Of a stretch of DNA of 41,597 nt, positions 1 through 8,341 are shown piece by piece. The number at the start of each line of letters is the position of its first letter. The stretch's first letter is position 1. Both the position numbers and the translations under genes were made by a program. The stretch comes from a virus (lineage: Duplodnaviria > Heunggongvirae > Uroviricota > Caudoviricetes). The DNA lies in IMG/VR virus record IMGVR_UViG_2703718828_000001, positions 1 to 41,597 of that record; one strand, written 5' to 3'. The notes beneath the pieces were generated by a model. It ran no database searches. It worked only from the letters and a program-made list of their open reading frames with translations, and was not told the origin of the DNA.

Positions 1-500
1 AAGTTGGAGTCATTACCTGCCTTTTCTTTAAATTGCTTCACCCCCTGGCAAGGGTTCATCTTCACTTTCCCTCTTTCATATGCCCATCTGAATACACGAG
101 AAATAAAAGCCTTCTCCCGGTTTGCCTGGACTCTGCTTTTTACGCCTCGCTTGTCCATATACTTACGGATATGCTCAGGTTTAATGTTGTCGGGTTTCAT
201 TTTCCCAAACACAACGTTAACTTTATTTCCGTACTTTCTGTAATCCTTCCGAGTCTCAGTAGCCAACTCGTGAAAATCTCCAGAATTAAAAAACTCCTCA
301 CACAACGCGTTAAAGTTGGTGCCAACCTTAATGTCGTTTATGAAGTTTTCATAAGCCGCCCACACCTGCGACTTAGTCAAGTCAGCGTTACACAGTCGTA
401 TTGTCCTGCCATCCGGTGTACGAAACTCATAGGCAGATTTACCCCGGCGAACGCGGGGCGGCATCCAGTTATCTTCTGGGTTTTTACGAACTCTTGGCAT
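1..500 (-). CDS. int: Tyrosine integrase, N-terminal part only (gene continues left of the window)
   Basis: Reverse translation from ATG at 500 gives MPRVRKNPEDNWMPPRVRRGKSAYEFRTPDG..., resembling lambda-type Int arm-binding N-terminus and SAM-like core-binding segment (RKYMDKRG...NREKAFISRVFRWAYERG); start overlaps stop of upstream gene. Confidence 0.75.
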   Translation of the reverse strand, partial: MPRVRKNPEDNWMPPRVRRGKSAYEFRTPDGRTIRLCNADLTKSQVWAAYENFINDIKVGTNFNALCEEFFNSGDFHELATETRKDYRKYGNKVNVVFGKMKPDNIKPEHIRKYMDKRGVKSRVQANREKAFISRVFRWAYERGKVKMNPCQGVKQFKEKAGNDSN

Positions 501-730
501 CAACACATATCCTTGAAGTTAGGCTCTTCTTCTTCACGATTATTCACTACCAACTTTAAGCCTACAGGGTTTGAAACATGATCCCATGTAGTGCCTGGTC
601 GTCCATCTTTACGAGGAACGTAGAACACCCCGCTCTCCTTAAGTGCCTTGCACTGGAGAGAAGGGCGGCGATAACCAGTCAGCTGATATAGATCATCCGG
701 AGTAAGAAAGCGTTGGCTTTGTTCGCTCAT
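500..730 (-). CDS. DUF4224-like small protein, probable excisionase/recombination directionality factor
   Basis: 76 aa, motif FLTPDDLYQLTGYRRPSLQ; immediately upstream of int and translationally coupled to it. Confidence 0.6.
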   Translation of the reverse strand: MSEQSQRFLTPDDLYQLTGYRRPSLQCKALKESGVFYVPRKDGRPGTTWDHVSNPVGLKLVVNNREEEEPNFKDMC

Positions 731-761
731 GGTTTTTCTCCACTAAACCGGCTGCACCCGG

Positions 762-1031
762 TTAAGGTTTATAGAACGCGCAAGATGAGCATCCACCACG
801 GAGGCCATCATTGCAGGTACGACATCTTTTTGTTTCTGTGTGATAGAGCTGGTGGATCATTTCTTTCGGCATCATCACGGGCATCGGCACTCTGATAACC
901 AGCTTCTTGAGCCTGTCTATCTCGTCTGCCTGCTCCATCACTCTGGCGTGTAGGTCTTTGGCTTCTGCCATCCACCAGGCTACATCGGCCTTAAGGCGGC
1001 GCGAACGCCGCTGTTTGAGTTTGCTGGTCAT
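762..1031 (-). CDS. Hypothetical early protein with Cys-rich C-terminus
   Basis: ATG at 1031 overlaps the TGA of the upstream gene; C-terminal CRTCNDGLRGGCSSC. Confidence 0.45.
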   Translation of the reverse strand: MTSKLKQRRSRRLKADVAWWMAEAKDLHARVMEQADEIDRLKKLVIRVPMPVMMPKEMIHQLYHTETKRCRTCNDGLRGGCSSCAFYKP

Positions 1032-1423
1032 GGTTGCTTGCCGAATATCCATTGGTTGCCAGCATGCGCCTGGAACTTAACGGAGGTATCAGGAAGCAAC
1101 AGTTCCTGCACCACCTCGCCAGACTCGACAAAGTAGTAATTGCTGTCAGTGACATTGTTAATAAATAAACCCTGTCGTTCAGCCTCACTGAGTTCGCCAA
1201 TTATTTTCATGACTTTTTTACGAATCGGACGATAGTCTGGCTCTATCCCGGCCAACTTGGCAGCTGCATAGTTATGGTGGCCATCCATCAAAATGGTGTA
1301 TTGCTGTCCACGAAGGACTATCGGATAGACAGAAACGATGAATCGTTTAAACCTGATTGCACGATCCGCAACTTTTGCGTTATCAAGATATCGCTGGCTG
1401 CTAATAAGCTTTCCTTTGATCAC
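1028..1423 (-). CDS. ParB-like nuclease domain protein (tentative)
   Basis: GTG start at 1423 preceded by AGGAGG; motif ILMDGHHNYAAAKLAGIE. Confidence 0.45.
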   Translation of the reverse strand: MIKGKLISSQRYLDNAKVADRAIRFKRFIVSVYPIVLRGQQYTILMDGHHNYAAAKLAGIEPDYRPIRKKVMKIIGELSEAERQGLFINNVTDSNYYFVESGEVVQELLLPDTSVKFQAHAGNQWIFGKQP

Positions 1424-2235
1424 GGCTTCACCTCCTGCTGCGGTGCTGCAGGCAGCGGCATCCAGTGGGTTATCTCACTGCTCTGGAATTGCGCTTGTAA
1501 TTCGCTCTTGATGAACCACACAGGCCCTTGCCGTTTGCTTTCGCTCCACCACCCCCAATAATTTCCGTCAGTTTCAGGCATCCGCTCACTGCAAGCCACC
1601 CAACCATCCGGAATCACCGGAGAGTTGCCAGCGGCTAACTTCCTGTTCAGCTCCAGCGCCACCATAGCGATGGTCGATGTCGTGAGTGAGTGCATGTGAG
1701 GATTGCTTGCTACAGCCTCCAACCAAACGAGGTCGTTGAATCGATCGAAGTCAAAATCCTCGGGCAACCTGCATTCCTTCGAAACAGGTTCGGCATCCTG
1801 AAGCATGGCGGCGCGGCAGGCTAACCAACATTGCCACATCTGATTAAGCACCCGCCCGGCATATCCAGTGCCGCTACGCATGAGCCTTGAGTCATAGTTC
1901 TCAGTAATCCACTTCTCGAAGGCTAGTCTTGAGAAGTCGAAATCATCAGGCACAGATGCCGGCGCTGGCGGGGCGGTGAATAGCGGTTGTACAGCAACGT
2001 CGCCATCTTGTGTCACAAACTTAGCGCGCGCCGGGTCATTGGTTACATGGTTCTTATCGCGATATTCCCACTGCCACGCAACGGGCTCAGCCGTCAGCGC
2101 TGCCAGCGTGATTTCTGCCAGGCGAAGATGGATAACTGCGGCTTCAGAGGCTCCAGGTATTCTCTCTACCGCACCGCGCAACACCGCGATATTTTTCTGA
2201 GCCTGATTGATCAACTGCTCTTTGGTGAATGTCAT
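1420..2235 (-). CDS. DUF551-like phage protein
   Basis: 271 aa; C-terminal GWVACSERMPE...WGWW motif; AAGGA RBS upstream of ATG at 2235. Confidence 0.55.
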   Translation of the reverse strand: MTFTKEQLINQAQKNIAVLRGAVERIPGASEAAVIHLRLAEITLAALTAEPVAWQWEYRDKNHVTNDPARAKFVTQDGDVAVQPLFTAPPAPASVPDDFDFSRLAFEKWITENYDSRLMRSGTGYAGRVLNQMWQCWLACRAAMLQDAEPVSKECRLPEDFDFDRFNDLVWLEAVASNPHMHSLTTSTIAMVALELNRKLAAGNSPVIPDGWVACSERMPETDGNYWGWWSESKRQGPVWFIKSELQAQFQSSEITHWMPLPAAPQQEVKP

Positions 2236-2245
2236 GGGTTAGTCC

Positions 2246-2509
2246 TTAGCCTGCGGTGCTCAATACACCAGATGGAAAATCTATCGTCTCATCAAAACCC
2301 GCACCTACTGACGCTACTGAAGTGCACCAGTCGCCAGAGGAGCGGTTATCTAGCGCGTCTTGCACCTCTTTATCCCGCCGCAGGTCATACAGAAAGATGG
2401 TCGGATCGCCGATGGTGTAAAAACCGATTTTCTTCGGTGAAGGGCAACGGTCGAGTACGGCTTGCAGCTCGTCTATCCATGCCCGCTCTTTTGCAGTTAA
2501 AGTAGCCAT
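2246..2509 (-). CDS. Hypothetical protein
   Basis: ATG at 2509 with GGAGG RBS; the longer 2246..2578 ORF would overlap the upstream gene. Confidence 0.45.
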   Translation of the reverse strand: MATLTAKERAWIDELQAVLDRCPSPKKIGFYTIGDPTIFLYDLRRDKEVQDALDNRSSGDWCTSVASVGAGFDETIDFPSGVLSTAG

Positions 2510-2510
2510 A

Positions 2511-3053
2511 TCACCCCTCCCCGTTGATGCGGATGCCAGTAGCGGCTGCGGATTCGTCATGCGCGCGTTTCGCGGCATTTAGAATTACCGCCAGAATTAC
2601 CGCCAGTGAGGTGTGCGCGCCATCCAGACGAATCGTGTTATGAATGGCTGCCATTGCCTCGCGCAGATTGCTGTGGCTCGCCTCCAGCTCAGCAATCCGT
2701 TTGCGTGCCGCTGTGAGTTCTGCCATGTGCTCACGGAGGCTGTCAGTTGCTGCTTCCAGCTTGTCCCAATCAGGATTGAAGTTTGCCAACTGCGCGAGCT
2801 GGTCTTTCAAAAAGCTGATGCTCTTGTCTTTGGCTTCCAGCTCATCCAGCAGCGCCAGTACGGTGGCGGGGTTGGCAGCGGCGATGAATACTGAATCAAC
2901 CTTGAGGCAGTGCTGGGCTATTGCTTTTACCCCGACCTTGACCTCGTAGCCCCGCGCGCCTTTGTGTGGGTGATATGATTCCCAGCGGCCCCATGATGCT
3001 TTGTTTGCTGCATCTGCCGTTTCACGTAATGCGATTTTGTCGATGTTGCTCAT
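2511..3053 (-). CDS. Ea22-like coiled-coil early protein
   Basis: 180 aa, heptad-rich (LDELEAKDKSISFLKDQLAQL..., ELEASHSNLREAMAA); ATGA overlap with upstream gene. Confidence 0.5.
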   Translation of the reverse strand: MSNIDKIALRETADAANKASWGRWESYHPHKGARGYEVKVGVKAIAQHCLKVDSVFIAAANPATVLALLDELEAKDKSISFLKDQLAQLANFNPDWDKLEAATDSLREHMAELTAARKRIAELEASHSNLREAMAAIHNTIRLDGAHTSLAVILAVILNAAKRAHDESAAATGIRINGEG

Positions 3054-3733
3054 TGGGCTGCTCCTTCCAGTGAATCAGGCAGTTTTGTGTAATGCGTGAC
3101 GCCTCGCAGTGAATTGATAGAGCGGGAGTGGTCTGCAAGCCAGATTTTGTGGATATTGGTGTCGCTGCCTGCGCAGAAGTTGTGTTCCATCCACTTCGCG
3201 GAGCAGTATTGTGGGCCAACATCCGTTTCGTAGCGCACCCAATAGCGTCCAAACTCTGCCGGTTGATTGCCTTCAATCCAGACCTGCGTCCGCACTTCAG
3301 CCAGGTAGGCGTCGGTGGCCGGGGTTTCAACGCGGAAGTAAACCGGATCGCCGCCTTCAAAGTTACCAGGGTCATCGACCAGTGTTTCGTGCTCATCAGC
3401 AGAGTAGACCTCCTGACGAAGCAGTCCATGCTTCAGTGCCAGCTCCTGTATTTCCGCACCATCAGCGGAGCCACCTTGCCAAGCGATAGAGAGCAACGCA
3501 TCGACGAACGCCTTCAGCCCCGCATTCTCCGCAGCCATCGCCGCTAACCTGGCTTCCAGATTCTCAATGGTGATTTCTAACTGGCGACCGTAGCGTGAGG
3601 ACTCGGTGAGCAACTGATCTGACAGTGAGAGCTTGCGCACCAGGTAGGCAGAAAGCGTTTCACCAACCAAGAGATCGGTTGGAATGCACTTACCATTAAG
3701 AAGACCATTCATTTCTGTAATCGTAAATTTCAT
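3050..3733 (-). CDS. Hypothetical early-left protein
   Basis: 227-aa ORF, translationally coupled on both sides. Confidence 0.5.
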   Translation of the reverse strand: MKFTITEMNGLLNGKCIPTDLLVGETLSAYLVRKLSLSDQLLTESSRYGRQLEITIENLEARLAAMAAENAGLKAFVDALLSIAWQGGSADGAEIQELALKHGLLRQEVYSADEHETLVDDPGNFEGGDPVYFRVETPATDAYLAEVRTQVWIEGNQPAEFGRYWVRYETDVGPQYCSAKWMEHNFCAGSDTNIHKIWLADHSRSINSLRGVTHYTKLPDSLEGAAQ

Positions 3734-4560
3734 GCTGATGCTCCTGAACGGCTTGAGGCGATAGCTTTATGCTCGTCGATGATTTCCTGTACTTCTGCAT
3801 GAGCTAAACCTTTGAGAGTTATCACTCCTGTGTTACTGATTCCTGCCAGGCTTACCAGCTCAACCAGACGTCGCGCTTTCTTCACACTGATTTCGGGAGA
3901 AATGACGCTGCGGGTGACTTTCTTTTTCCCTTTAGCTGCAGCAGCAGCCTTGTCTTGTTGAAGCACATCTCCAGCCTTTTCGCCGTACTCTTTCACACGG
4001 CCAACAGCAACCTCGACAGAGACGGCCCCTGATTTAACCTCACGCTGAACATCATGATTAGCGGTACTGAGAAGCAGGAGTTTTTCGACGGTGGGCACAG
4101 ACTTATTGACCAGCTTTGCGATCTCGCTGGTGGTCTGGTTAAACGCGTTATGCAGTTCCTGGATAACCGCGGCCTGTTCCATATCGGATAATGGAAGCTG
4201 GTTATTGCTGGTCATGATGCGAGCCAGGCGCTGAACATCGTTACCGTTGAAAGGCATGATGTGGATGCGGTCTACAGGCTTTCCTGCTTCAGCGCAGCGA
4301 GCATAGCAACGACGACGGCGGTGACCTTCGACAACCCACACCCCACCTTCATCACGGGCGATAACTTCCAGCGGAGGTACTGAGCCACCATTCATCAGAT
4401 ATTCGAACAGGTCATCATCAGCCAGGCGGGTACGATCATCGTTGTCGTCACGCTTGTTGAAACCTTCGCGCACGTGGATATCGTCGAGACTGATGAACAT
4501 GCCGGTGTCGGTACGCTTGATGGTTCCGTCACGAGACATCAATTTAAATGAGTTGGCCAT
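3730..4560 (-). CDS. ParB N-terminal domain protein with helix-turn-helix
   Basis: ParB box-like VVEGHRRRRCYARCAEAG followed by HTH-like TSEIAKLVNKSVPTVEKLL; ATG at 4560 overlaps upstream TGA. Confidence 0.65.
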   Translation of the reverse strand: MANSFKLMSRDGTIKRTDTGMFISLDDIHVREGFNKRDDNDDRTRLADDDLFEYLMNGGSVPPLEVIARDEGGVWVVEGHRRRRCYARCAEAGKPVDRIHIMPFNGNDVQRLARIMTSNNQLPLSDMEQAAVIQELHNAFNQTTSEIAKLVNKSVPTVEKLLLLSTANHDVQREVKSGAVSVEVAVGRVKEYGEKAGDVLQQDKAAAAAKGKKKVTRSVISPEISVKKARRLVELVSLAGISNTGVITLKGLAHAEVQEIIDEHKAIASSRSGASA

Positions 4561-4919
4561 CACGCAACACCTTCGCTTAATACAGTCAGGGTTACAGGCG
4601 TGAGTTCGCGCAGTTCTCGCTGTGCTTCCAGCAGGTGCATATTGCTGCGGGTTTTGGTGTGACGCTCAACAATGCGATCGCACTCCTTGGCCCAGCTCGT
4701 AACGTCATCCCGAAGGGTGGCATTTTCAGCAGCAAGTTCCTTGCGCTGTTTCATTGCCTCGCACAGCGCCACGCTGGTGTAATCCAGGCGGTTCGCCAGT
4801 TCGGTCATCAGCTGAGCTGAAGCAACAGGCAGAAACTTAGCTGCGGTACGAGCTGCATCGATCAGTTGCTCGCGGGTCAGGCGTGGTTGTAACTCGGTGA
4901 CGTTCTGTGTGTTCGTCAT
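4560..4919 (-). CDS. Hypothetical protein
   Basis: ATG at 4919 with GGAG RBS (track ORF begins at an upstream GTG at 4952). Confidence 0.5.
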   Translation of the reverse strand: MTNTQNVTELQPRLTREQLIDAARTAAKFLPVASAQLMTELANRLDYTSVALCEAMKQRKELAAENATLRDDVTSWAKECDRIVERHTKTRSNMHLLEAQRELRELTPVTLTVLSEGVA

Positions 4920-4969
4920 TGTTAGTTTCTCCGTTATATAAGCGCTCTGCACAGCGCTGATTTTTGGCC

Positions 4970-5230
4970 TTACAACTTAAAAGAGGCCGCCTTGGTCTTT
5001 CGGGGTGTTGCGTTTTCGTTTAGTGATTTCGGTTTTAGAAACCTGCTTATCTGCCCAGGCTTTCGCATGCCGTAACACGTCGTCAAAAATCGCGCCTTTC
5101 TTGCTTGCCTGTGACATGCGTTTATACAAATCAAGCGCCTGCCACGCCCCCCCTGAGCCACCGAAGAGGAAAAGCCCTGTTTGATGAGCAATTCCTTCAC
5201 GTTCTTCTCAATAAATTCGAGGTGGTTCAT
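4970..5230 (-). CDS. Hypothetical protein spanning a C7 homopolymer; possible frameshifted or dual-frame gene
   Basis: ATG at 5230 with GGAGG RBS; two frames stay open for ~57 codons downstream of the homopolymer at 5147-5153. Confidence 0.4.
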   Translation of the reverse strand: MNHLEFIEKNVKELLIKQGFSSSVAQGGRGRRLICINACHRQARKARFLTTCYGMRKPGQISRFLKPKSLNENATPRKTKAASFKL

Positions 5231-5374
5231 CAGTCCTCCAGTGGAAAATCCGCTGAATTTTGGTTGCACGAATCCCTCGCCTGGTGGCGACTAAAAATAA
5301 AGGGGTTTCGTTTTAGTAAGCACCCAGCCTGGGCACTTAGTGAAACGGGCGACTGCAATCGCCTGTTAGCTTCT

Positions 5375-5459
5375 CCACAACTGAGAGCGCGTTCCGCTCG
5401 AAATTGCATTTAACGAACTGACACTTAGGTTAAAGGTCCAGAACGCGCTTTCAGTTGTG
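5375..5459. repeat. 19-bp inverted repeat (one mismatch) with ~46-nt spacer in the leftward early transcript
   Basis: ccacaactgagagcgcgttc at 5375-5394 versus gaacgcgctttcagttgtg at 5441-5459. Confidence 0.6.
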
Positions 5460-5564
5460 TAAAAGGGGCGGTCGACATAAGGACATTCAGAACTGCCGAC
5501 CGCCAAGACTACACACAGCATTTGTTGCAGTTACTACGGGTTTACCACGCTGGCTACGTGATAC

Positions 5565-5641
<77 letters not shown>

Positions 5642-5818
5642 AACTGGGAGCGCACTCCGCTTTTGTTTCACACCTGTCATCCACACTGGTTGATAAGGAG
5701 TACGCTCTCATGTTGTACGCCTGTCTTTTAACCACATCAGGCTCGGTGGATCCTGCTATTCCCCAACAACAAGGATTCGGTTAATCTGAAATCCCCAACA
5801 TTTGGATAGTGATCACGC

Positions 5819-6055
5819 ATGAAGCGCTCAGATGTTTTAACCCAGTGCCTTATTAATACCGGCTGCGGGCTTTCAGAAGCTGATATCCGACACGGCATCC
5901 GGACTACCTTCTCTGAAGAGTACCCAGATAAAAATTACGATTCCTGGGACATTGAGATCAGCGATCAGACAGCAAATCACATCATTAAAACCGTTGGCCG
6001 TGCTATGTGGATAAAAGTCGACCTATTTATCCGTGATCTCTGGGACGCCTACTGA
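5819..6055 (+). CDS. Hypothetical small protein, antisense to the leftward operon (uncertain)
   Basis: 78-aa ORF with weak RBS; 3' end overlaps the convergent minus-strand gene. Confidence 0.3.
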   Translation: MKRSDVLTQCLINTGCGLSEADIRHGIRTTFSEEYPDKNYDSWDIEISDQTANHIIKTVGRAMWIKVDLFIRDLWDAY

Positions 6056-6271
6056 TCCCAAAGGGGCGGAGCCAATCCCTCTAAAACCGGTCGCCATAGT
6101 GCGACCACATTTGTTGGCTTCAGCCTCCAAAGAGGTTTTATCTTTCTCCAGCGCTTCAATAACACCGCCCATAAACAATAGGTAATCGGCTGCGACTGCT
6201 GACTCTGTGAGTAAGGTCTGCTTCAGAACCCCATTAACCAAAAGCTCAATCCTGTTTGCGCTTGAACTCAT
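6023..6271 (-). CDS. Hypothetical protein, first gene downstream of pL (the position lambda N occupies, but not Arg-rich)
   Basis: ATG at 6271 with GGAG RBS; MSSSANRIELLVNG.... Confidence 0.45.
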   Translation of the reverse strand: MSSSANRIELLVNGVLKQTLLTESAVAADYLLFMGGVIEALEKDKTSLEAEANKCGRTMATGFRGIGSAPLGSVGVPEITDK

Positions 6272-6349
6272 CACCACTCCATCATGTGCCATATGCCGTT
6301 CTGCTTATTCTCCGCAGTTTCTGAATGATATTTCCTGCGGTACGAGATA

Positions 6350-6402
6350 AATGTAGGATAACTTACCTTTGGCTGTCAATACTAAAAGTAGGAAATCTTA
6401 CA
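6350..6402 (-). promoter_or_regulatory. pL-like leftward promoter with OL operator copies
   Basis: On minus strand a -35 TTGACA (plus 6374-6379), 18-bp spacer and -10 TACATT (plus 6350-6355); operator-like GTAGGATAACTTAC (6353-6366) and GTAGGAAATCTTAC (6389-6402). Confidence 0.6.
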
Positions 6403-6413
6403 TTTAGAGGTGG

Positions 6414-6440
6414 AAAAAAACCGACTGGATGTCGGCTTTT
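6414..6440 (-). terminator. Rho-independent terminator after the repressor gene
   Basis: Hairpin ccgac-tggat-gtcgg flanked by an A7 run (T7 on minus strand) just past the cI stop. Confidence 0.6.
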
Positions 6441-6452
6441 GAAAAGAGGGGG

Positions 6453-7109
6453 CTATAGGTCGGTTACAACTTGTTTTACGACACCAACAAGTTTGCAGTT
6501 TCCGTTTACTTCCAAAACTCGATAGTTTGGGTTCAGTGGTACTAGATACTTCAGTGGGCCATCGATGACAAACTTTTTTAAAGTTGCTTCAGTTGAGCCT
6601 TCAATTTGTGCCACAACGATCTTGCCATTTACTTCTTCAGGACTTCCATAGTCGGGGTCCACCACGACAAATGAACCTTCCGGTATACTGGGGGCGCCAT
6701 TAGGATTCGTCATCGAGTCACCACGAACGCGTAAAGCGAACCCCTCATCAGATATACACGCAGTAGTGAAAATCCACTCTGATATATCATTTTCGGTAAC
6801 TGGGGCGCCACTTTCAGTCCATTCGCCAGCCTGTACCCAAGACAAGACAGGTATTTTTTTTACACCAAACTTCTCAGTGGGCTTGAAGGTTGACTCACCA
6901 GTATCAGCATCACCGTTGCCAGTAATGATCCACTGTGGGTTAGTCTTTAACGCAGCCGCTAGTGCCTGAAGGTTCGACCCTCCCGGTTCATAGTCTCCGG
7001 ACTCCCACCCTGTAACAGTCACGCGATTTACTCCAACTAATTTGGATAAAACCGCTTGGGTAAGTTTCAGCTCTTTTCGCCGAGCGCGTATGCGTTCATT
7101 CATTTTCAT
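6453..7109 (-). CDS. cI: cI-like repressor (HTH plus LexA-type S24 autopeptidase domain)
   Basis: MKMNERIRARRKELKLTQAVLSKLVGV HTH; C-terminal GDSMTNPNGAPSIPEGSFVVVD motif; divergent from cro across the operator region. Confidence 0.85.
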   Translation of the reverse strand: MKMNERIRARRKELKLTQAVLSKLVGVNRVTVTGWESGDYEPGGSNLQALAAALKTNPQWIITGNGDADTGESTFKPTEKFGVKKIPVLSWVQAGEWTESGAPVTENDISEWIFTTACISDEGFALRVRGDSMTNPNGAPSIPEGSFVVVDPDYGSPEEVNGKIVVAQIEGSTEATLKKFVIDGPLKYLVPLNPNYRVLEVNGNCKLVGVVKQVVTDL

Positions 7110-7110
7110 G

Positions 7111-7175
7111 TAGGTAATCCTACCATTTTGTGATGTAGGAATCCTTGACCTAATAATGTAAGATATCCTACTATG
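7111..7175. promoter_or_regulatory. OR operator cluster with divergent PRM/PR promoters
   Basis: Three related palindromic sites: taggtaatccta (7111-7122), taggaatcct (7136-7145), taagatatccta (7158-7170); PR -35 TTGACC at 7145-7150 and -10 TACTAT at 7169-7174. Confidence 0.65.
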
Positions 7176-7208
7176 ATGTTGTCTGCATCTCTTACATATG
7201 GAGTGAAA

Positions 7209-7406
7209 ATGAAAAAAAATGATGTGATTTCTTACTTCGGTAGCGTTGGCAATGTAGCCAAAGCTTTGAACATCTCCCACGCTTCGGTTTCTGGATGGGG
7301 CGAAATCATACCGAAAGGCCGCGCTTTCGAAATTCAGGCGCTTTCTAAAGGGGCCCTCAAAGTAAACCCTTCACTTTATTTAAAGGCTAATTCATCAGCC
7401 GCTTAA
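7209..7406 (+). CDS. cro: Cro-like small DNA-binding regulator
   Basis: 65 aa starting MKKNDVISYFGSVGNVAKALNISHASVSGW (HTH-like); first rightward gene after OR. Confidence 0.65.
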   Translation: MKKNDVISYFGSVGNVAKALNISHASVSGWGEIIPKGRAFEIQALSKGALKVNPSLYLKANSSAA

Positions 7407-7431
7407 TCATAACTACCAAAGGGAAAACATA

Positions 7432-7977
7432 ATGGTAGACAGCATAAACACAGCGATTCGCCTTATGTGCAAGGCACACAAACACGGTCGTGTAGGCCTG
7501 GCTGCTGATCTTGGCATGACCATCGATCAATTTCACAACCATCTGTACCAAAAATGCGGCAGTCGTTTTTTTACGGTAGTCGAACTTGAACAGATGCAAT
7601 CCATTTCCGGCACGTCTTATCTGGCTGAGTATTTCGCTAAGTGCTGCGGAAAAATGCTGGTGGACATTCCTGTACCTGAGAGCATCGACAATGTCGATTT
7701 GTATGAAATCGATATGAAAGCGACGGTCGCAGCTGGCGAACTGGCTTCAGCAAAAGTTGCAGCTATTGCTGATGGTGTAATCGATATGAAAGAACGCCAG
7801 ACACTTTCCGATTTATTCAACAAGAAGTTGCGTCACCAGATTCATGGGTTTCTGGGGTTCATGGCGCTGTATGGGGTGAGCGTATCGGATCAGGCAGTGG
7901 ATGTTTTTATTTCTACCGGCAGAAAAGGTGACGCCCCGAGTGTGCAGCTCGGAGCGTCTGGCGCGCCGGTTCTTTAA
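7432..7977 (+). CDS. CII-like regulatory protein (CP76-type, tentative)
   Basis: 181 aa, directly downstream of cro with AAAGGGA RBS; assignment mainly by position. Confidence 0.45.
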   Translation: MVDSINTAIRLMCKAHKHGRVGLAADLGMTIDQFHNHLYQKCGSRFFTVVELEQMQSISGTSYLAEYFAKCCGKMLVDIPVPESIDNVDLYEIDMKATVAAGELASAKVAAIADGVIDMKERQTLSDLFNKKLRHQIHGFLGFMALYGVSVSDQAVDVFISTGRKGDAPSVQLGASGAPVL

Positions 7978-7993
7978 GTGGAGAAACTAACGC

Positions 7994-8332
7994 ATGAACA
8001 GTTTAAACCGATTCAGGCCAGCTAAGCAATTCAGATGCCTGCCGCTGAAGGGGAAAAGCTCCCCGTTCGGCTATGTGGAAAGAGTACACAGCGCTGGTGG
8101 TGCCAACAACTACCAGTCGTGTTCAGAAATGGTAGCGGCATTTGCTCTGATGAACGAGAAGGGGCGTGAGGAATGGCTGAAGTTGACCGGAGGTTCAGAG
8201 ACCACAGAGGAATCCCTGTGCGGGTCATCCGATGGGAGCCAGCCACACGCCGCGTTATATACCTTCGCGAAGGGTACGATCATGAGTGCTTCAGCCCTCT
8301 TGAGCAATTCCAGCGCAAATTTACAGAGTTAA
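7994..8332 (+). CDS. Hypothetical protein (uncertain; alternative frame 8173..8385 also open)
   Basis: 112-aa ORF with GGAG RBS ending just before the O-like gene. Confidence 0.3.
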   Translation: MNSLNRFRPAKQFRCLPLKGKSSPFGYVERVHSAGGANNYQSCSEMVAAFALMNEKGREEWLKLTGGSETTEESLCGSSDGSQPHAALYTFAKGTIMSASALLSNSSANLQS

Positions 8333-8341
8333 AGGACTGCC

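Noticed and set aside
4-581. Plus-strand ORFs of 79 and 182 aa
   Set aside because: Antisense to the integrase; the minus-strand reading gives a recognisable Int N-terminus.
5270-5375. nutL-like boxA/boxB element
   Set aside because: Only a short cccag/ctggg hairpin and no convincing boxA match on the transcribed strand; no N-like protein identified either.
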